DNA from: an uncultured delta proteobacterium
GTDB lineage: Bacteria > Desulfobacterota > Desulfobacteria > Desulfobacterales > B30-G6
Reading direction: 5' to 3'
NCBI GenBank assembly: GCA_963823335.1
Contig: CAWGLD010000001.1
Span: forward strand, 1,408,001 to 1,472,000
DNA: 64,000 bases
The position numbers and the translations under genes are program-made. Position 1 is the first letter of the stretch, and each line of letters starts with the position of its first letter. This document shows, piece after piece, positions 59,590 through 64,000 of this stretch. The notes under the pieces were generated by a model, which saw only the letters and a program-made list of their open reading frames with translations, was not told the DNA's origin and did no database searches.

Positions 59590-60879
59590 ATGGCCCATAC
59601 CGTTGAACAATCTGCCTACCGGCGCTTGACCGAGCGCCTGAACCGTTTTCCCCAGGGTGCGCCTCCCTCCAAGCTCCTTACAAAAATTTTGATGGTGTTG
59701 TTCAAGGAAAAGGACGCAGAACGGGTTTCTCTGCTTCCCATCAGACCTTTTACGGTGCGCCGGGCTGCCCGCATCTGGCAAGTGCCCAACAGCGCGTCAC
59801 GCAAAATTTTGGATGGCCTTGCACAAAAAGCCCTGCTGGTGGATTTTGAGGTTGCGGGAGAAATGCACTACGTCCTCCCGCCGCCCATGGCAGGTTTTTT
59901 CGAGTTCTCCATGATGCGTATTCGTGATGACATCGATCAGAAACTACTGGGGGAGCTTTTTTTCGAGTATCTCAATGTCGAAGAGGATTTTGTAAGGGAG
60001 CTTTTTACCCGGGGAGAAACGCAGCTGGGAAGAACCTTTGTGCACGAACCTGTACTGTCGGCGGAGAACGCCTTGCATGTCCTCGACTATGAAAGGGCCA
60101 GCAGCGTGATAAAGACCGCTTCCCACAGGGGTATCAGCATGTGTTACTGCCGACACAAGATGATGCACAAGGGGAGGGCCTGTGAGGCACCCATGAACAT
60201 CTGTATGACCTTCAACACGACAGCCGAATCCCTGACCCGGCACGGTCATGCACGGGCGGTGGATATTTCTGAAGGGTTGGATCTGCTGGCCCAGGCTCAC
60301 GAATCCAATCTGGTGCAGTTTGGCGAAAATGTACGCCAGGGTGTCAACTTTATATGCAACTGCTGTGGCTGCTGCTGCGAGGCCATGATCGCAGCGCGTC
60401 GATTTGCTGTCATGCAGCCTATTCATACCACCAATTTTTTGCCGGTTGTTCAAGAGAATACCTGTGACGGCTGTGGCAAATGTGTGGCTCTTTGTCCGGT
60501 GGAGGCCATGACCCTGGTATCTGCCAATCATCCGCACAAACCGAAGAAAAAGATCGCCAGAATCGACGAAGACCGCTGTCTTGGTTGCGGCGTGTGCGTG
60601 AGAGCCTGTACGAGATGTAATTCGATCTCCATGATTTCCCGGCGGCAGCGGATCCTTACACCGTTGAACGGTACCCATAGGGCTGTGGTGATGGCTCTGG
60701 AGCGGGGCAAGCTTCAACATCTGATCTTCGATAACCGGGTTCTCTGGCACCACCGTGCTTTGGCCGCTGTTTTGGGCGCAATCCTTCGTTTGCCGCCTGT
60801 CGACCGGGTGCTGGCCACCCAACAGGTGAAATCGCGCTACCTGGAGGCCCTGGTGGAGCGTTTTGAACGCGGGAAATGA
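59590..60879 (+). CDS. 4Fe-4S dicluster domain protein
   Basis: CYCRH, ICNCCGCCC, CDGCGKCVALCP, CLGCGVCVRAC. Confidence 0.85.
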   Translation: MAHTVEQSAYRRLTERLNRFPQGAPPSKLLTKILMVLFKEKDAERVSLLPIRPFTVRRAARIWQVPNSASRKILDGLAQKALLVDFEVAGEMHYVLPPPMAGFFEFSMMRIRDDIDQKLLGELFFEYLNVEEDFVRELFTRGETQLGRTFVHEPVLSAENALHVLDYERASSVIKTASHRGISMCYCRHKMMHKGRACEAPMNICMTFNTTAESLTRHGHARAVDISEGLDLLAQAHESNLVQFGENVRQGVNFICNCCGCCCEAMIAARRFAVMQPIHTTNFLPVVQENTCDGCGKCVALCPVEAMTLVSANHPHKPKKKIARIDEDRCLGCGVCVRACTRCNSISMISRRQRILTPLNGTHRAVVMALERGKLQHLIFDNRVLWHHRALAAVLGAILRLPPVDRVLATQQVKSRYLEALVERFERGK

Positions 60880-61288
60880 TGCCGTGATGCTTACTTTTCG
60901 CAGAGAAATTCCAAGGACGTGGTTTTGGATGCGAAGCACTGAACCAGATCCGTACGCTGGCAAGGTCATGGAATTGTCGCGCCATCAGGGTTGCTGTCAT
61001 GGAAAACAACATGCCTGCCCTCATGTTTTGGGAGAAAGAGGGCTTTGGCCGGTTGTACCGGAAAACCTTAAAGGGATGTATCGGTGACGTTATTGTAATG
61101 GAAAGCCTTCTCCACCTTCCCACCAATTAGGGACGGGTATTCATATATTACTCTCAAGGGCCAGAGTGGCATTCCACCAAGCCCTTGCCGCTGTCAGCGA
61201 CTCTCGGCCCCTTGTATCTTGACCGGCCGGTGCAATATCTGCATAACTGTGTTTAGGGTCACAGAACATTGCAACCCGGTGTGGCCGA

Positions 61289-62626
61289 TCATCTGTCCAT
61301 TTTCTTGAATGTGGTTGCAGGGAAAAAGCAGTAGGGACATTCCTTGGGCGGTTTTTTCCCATGGTGGATGTGGCCGCATATGCGGCAGCGCCACGCGGGC
61401 TTTCCGCTGCCCTTTTTGCCCGGCTCCAGGGGATTTCTATCTCTGAATACCGGCAGGTCTTCCAGCGCGGGCATGATGGGTTGATAGGCGTACATGGCAT
61501 GAGCGGAAACGATCATGCGCTGAATTTCGCTGGTCCCTTCATATATTCTCAGCAGGCGGATGTCCCGGAAGAGTTTTTCCAGGGGAAACATTTTCGTATA
61601 ACCATAACCACCGAGTATCTGCAATGCTTCGTTGACGACTTCCAGGGCTGTTTCGGTCGCGAAGAACTTGGCGATGGAGGCGTTTATGGTTGGGTCCAGG
61701 CCCTGATCCGCTTCCCAGGCCGCCTTCCAAACCAGCAAACGTGCTGTTTCAACTTTCTGGTACATCTCGGCAATTTTAAACTGAACGGCCTGAAAATCAC
61801 CGATCTTGGACCCAAACGCCGTGCGTTTTTTTGCGTAATCGATGGCAAACTCCATGGCGCTTCGAGCACCTCCCACACCAAAAGCCCCCACAACCGGGCG
61901 TGTCCTGGAAAAGGTTTTCATGGCGAGTTTAAAGCCTTCTCCGGGCGGAGCCATAACATTTTCTTTGGGTACCCTGACATTTTTCAACCTGAGACCAGCG
62001 GTATTTGAACAACGCTGTCCAAGCTTGGGAATTGCCTTGCCAATGGACACGCCTTTCCAGGATTTTTCCACCAGAAAGGCCCCGATGCCCTCATGACCGG
62101 ATTTCGGGTCTTCGGTGGCAAATACGGAAAAATAATCGGCCACCCCCCCGTTGGTAATCCAGTATTTGGTTCCGTTCAACAGGTAGTCATTCCCCTCTCT
62201 TTCAGCTTTACAGCGCATACCGGCAACGTCGGATCCCATGACAGGTTCCGAAGTGGCAAAACAGATCAGTTTGAACTCCTTTATAAGTCTGGGAAGATAT
62301 TTATTTTTCAGCGCTTCGTTGGCACAAAGAATAAGGGGTTCCGCACCCAGTGAATTATCGAAAAGCGAGGTGGCAAGACCTGGGCAGGCAGCCGCAATCT
62401 CCTCGGTCATGATAGCGCCTTCGAGGATTCCATATTCATTGCCCCCGTATTTTTTGGGTATGTCGTTGTTCATCAGACCTTCATCATGGGCCTTTCTTAG
62501 CACAGACAGGGGAATTTCATCTTTCTCATCGTGATACCATGCCACGGGTAGAATCTCTCTCAACGCGAATTCACGTGCTTTCTGTTGAATGTCGAGTTGC
62601 TTTTTTGACAAATTGAAATTTAACAT
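61289..62626 (-). CDS. Acyl-CoA dehydrogenase with C-terminal rubredoxin-like domain
   Basis: FATSEP..GSD, NGTKYWITNG, GGYGY, IYEGTSEIQ; C-terminal WRCRICG...CPYC. Confidence 0.9.
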   Translation of the reverse strand: MLNFNLSKKQLDIQQKAREFALREILPVAWYHDEKDEIPLSVLRKAHDEGLMNNDIPKKYGGNEYGILEGAIMTEEIAAACPGLATSLFDNSLGAEPLILCANEALKNKYLPRLIKEFKLICFATSEPVMGSDVAGMRCKAEREGNDYLLNGTKYWITNGGVADYFSVFATEDPKSGHEGIGAFLVEKSWKGVSIGKAIPKLGQRCSNTAGLRLKNVRVPKENVMAPPGEGFKLAMKTFSRTRPVVGAFGVGGARSAMEFAIDYAKKRTAFGSKIGDFQAVQFKIAEMYQKVETARLLVWKAAWEADQGLDPTINASIAKFFATETALEVVNEALQILGGYGYTKMFPLEKLFRDIRLLRIYEGTSEIQRMIVSAHAMYAYQPIMPALEDLPVFRDRNPLEPGKKGSGKPAWRCRICGHIHHGKKPPKECPYCFFPATTFKKMDR

Positions 62627-62644
62627 GGGGCCTCCTGCTTGGGG

Positions 62645-63811
62645 TCAATTTGATTTCTTTTCCGGGATATCCTCGGCATTAATAAATGCCATCAGTTCTT
62701 TGGCCTGTCTGTTAGCATCCTTTTCACCCAGTTTAATCAGACGGGCCAGATAGGTCGGATCAAACATGACCATGCTCAACCAATCTGGACTCGATGTTTC
62801 ATGGGTGCCGAGACCCCGGAAAAGATGCCGAAACATGTAAGGCAGTTGTGGTTCCAATTCACCCGCTAATTTTCCCAGATCCTCTGATGGTCGCATGACA
62901 AATTGATGGACCACGCGCCTGTCATGGTGTTGCTCTTTTGGGATCTGAAAGAGCAGTTGATTGGTACGCCTGAGTGTTCGAACATCTTGATCCAGCACAT
63001 CTAAGAAAATAGAATTCATTAATGTGCCTGCTATTTGGGCGGGTGGTGGATATCCGGCGCACACAGGTTTTTTTGCGTCTTTTATTGATTTTCGATGATG
63101 CGTCGAGACGGCAAGGATTTGGGTTGCGCCCAGATATATCGCCGGCGAGAGCGGTGCCGATTGTCGTATACCGCCGTCACCATACCATTCGTTCCCGACG
63201 CGTACGGCTGGAAAAAGCAGTGGTAGAGAGGCTGATGACATAATGTGATCAATGCTAATGTCAGTAGCTTCACTTCGTCGCCAGGGTCGTTCCCACAGAC
63301 GAATATCCTTACCCATGACCCATGTCACGGCCTGACCGGTAGTATAGTTGGTACCTGTGATGGCAACAGCTTTAAGTTTGCCCTGATTCAAATTTTTACC
63401 AATACCGGCAATTACATTCCCTTGAGGTAAAAGCGCTTGTTGCAGAAGCTCTCGAAGTGGTCTTGAATTCAACAGACTTATGGCGGAAGATTCTTTGGTC
63501 ATGCCTCCTGAAATAAGACGGAACCCCCATCTGAAAACATTTCGTACAAGTTCCCAGGTGTCCACACAAAAAATCCGATCTACGGACAGGTTCAGCCAAA
63601 GCTCTGACAGTTCTCGCACCGCTTCAGCGAAAGTACCTTCATGATTTGCCAGAAATGCAGCATTAATGGCTCCAGCGGAAACACCGGTGATAATGGGGGG
63701 ATGGAGATCAGGAAAATGTTGGGCAAGACATTTCAAAAAACCGACTTGATATGCGGCTCTCGCTCCACCACCACTTAAAACGAGTGCCAAGCTATTTTTA
63801 TCGCCGGTCAT
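62645..63811 (-). CDS. Patatin-like phospholipase
   Basis: GGGARAAY, GVSAG, DGG; ATG 63811 after AGAGGA. Confidence 0.9.
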   Translation of the reverse strand: MTGDKNSLALVLSGGGARAAYQVGFLKCLAQHFPDLHPPIITGVSAGAINAAFLANHEGTFAEAVRELSELWLNLSVDRIFCVDTWELVRNVFRWGFRLISGGMTKESSAISLLNSRPLRELLQQALLPQGNVIAGIGKNLNQGKLKAVAITGTNYTTGQAVTWVMGKDIRLWERPWRRSEATDISIDHIMSSASLPLLFPAVRVGNEWYGDGGIRQSAPLSPAIYLGATQILAVSTHHRKSIKDAKKPVCAGYPPPAQIAGTLMNSIFLDVLDQDVRTLRRTNQLLFQIPKEQHHDRRVVHQFVMRPSEDLGKLAGELEPQLPYMFRHLFRGLGTHETSSPDWLSMVMFDPTYLARLIKLGEKDANRQAKELMAFINAEDIPEKKSN

Positions 63812-64000
63812 AATATGTGTCCTCTTTGAAGATTGAACCACAACAGCGGGCACATTCATTTTTGGTGAGGAGACTAGCTCACCGGATACGTGCTGCAGGG
63901 TTCTTTTATATGAACGGTGTGTTAGATTTTGACCTTGCTAATTGTTTATGATAGTTGAGATTGATTATAGTGGCAAGCAGATTTTATTCTTAATAGAGGA

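Overview
Bacterial chromosomal window, most consistent with an anaerobic Desulfobacterota (Desulfobacterales-like) genome; this is inferred from gene content and style, not from a database search. Order of contents: (1) 1-11.2 kb, an AT-richer accessory stretch downstream of tRNA-Pro. It holds a minus-strand cassette of a FliA-like sigma factor, a soluble zinc anti-sigma and an ORF missing from the supplied track that encodes a membrane-anchored stand-alone Lon (S16) protease domain. It also holds a frameshifted membrane/coiled-coil gene, SBP-VWA and TelA operon, a Fic protein, a MORC-like GHKL ATPase and two AAA_14/DUF4143 remnants. (2) Core locus: amidase, tRNA-Leu, tig-clpP-clpX-lon, tRNA-Val, tRNA-Asp. 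(3) A decayed island after tRNA-Asp (integrase remnant to IS91 remnant) carrying fructokinase, SPS-SPP fusion and sucrose phosphorylase. (4) parE-parC, with parE apparently starting at ATC, followed by gene scars. (5) A large nucleotide/nucleoside scavenging cluster (tdk, mtnP, class C phosphatase, deoB, punA, pdp, cdd, deoC, BMP-type ABC transporter). (6) An AcsE-like methyltransferase, GabT, AOR, an orphan pyrrolysine gene pylB and a Liv-type ABC transporter, all on one strand. (7) An FeS protein, an acyl-CoA dehydrogenase-rubredoxin fusion and a patatin. The two best candidates for undescribed systems are the sigma/anti-sigma/membrane Lon-protease cassette and the orphan pylB amine-catabolism cluster.
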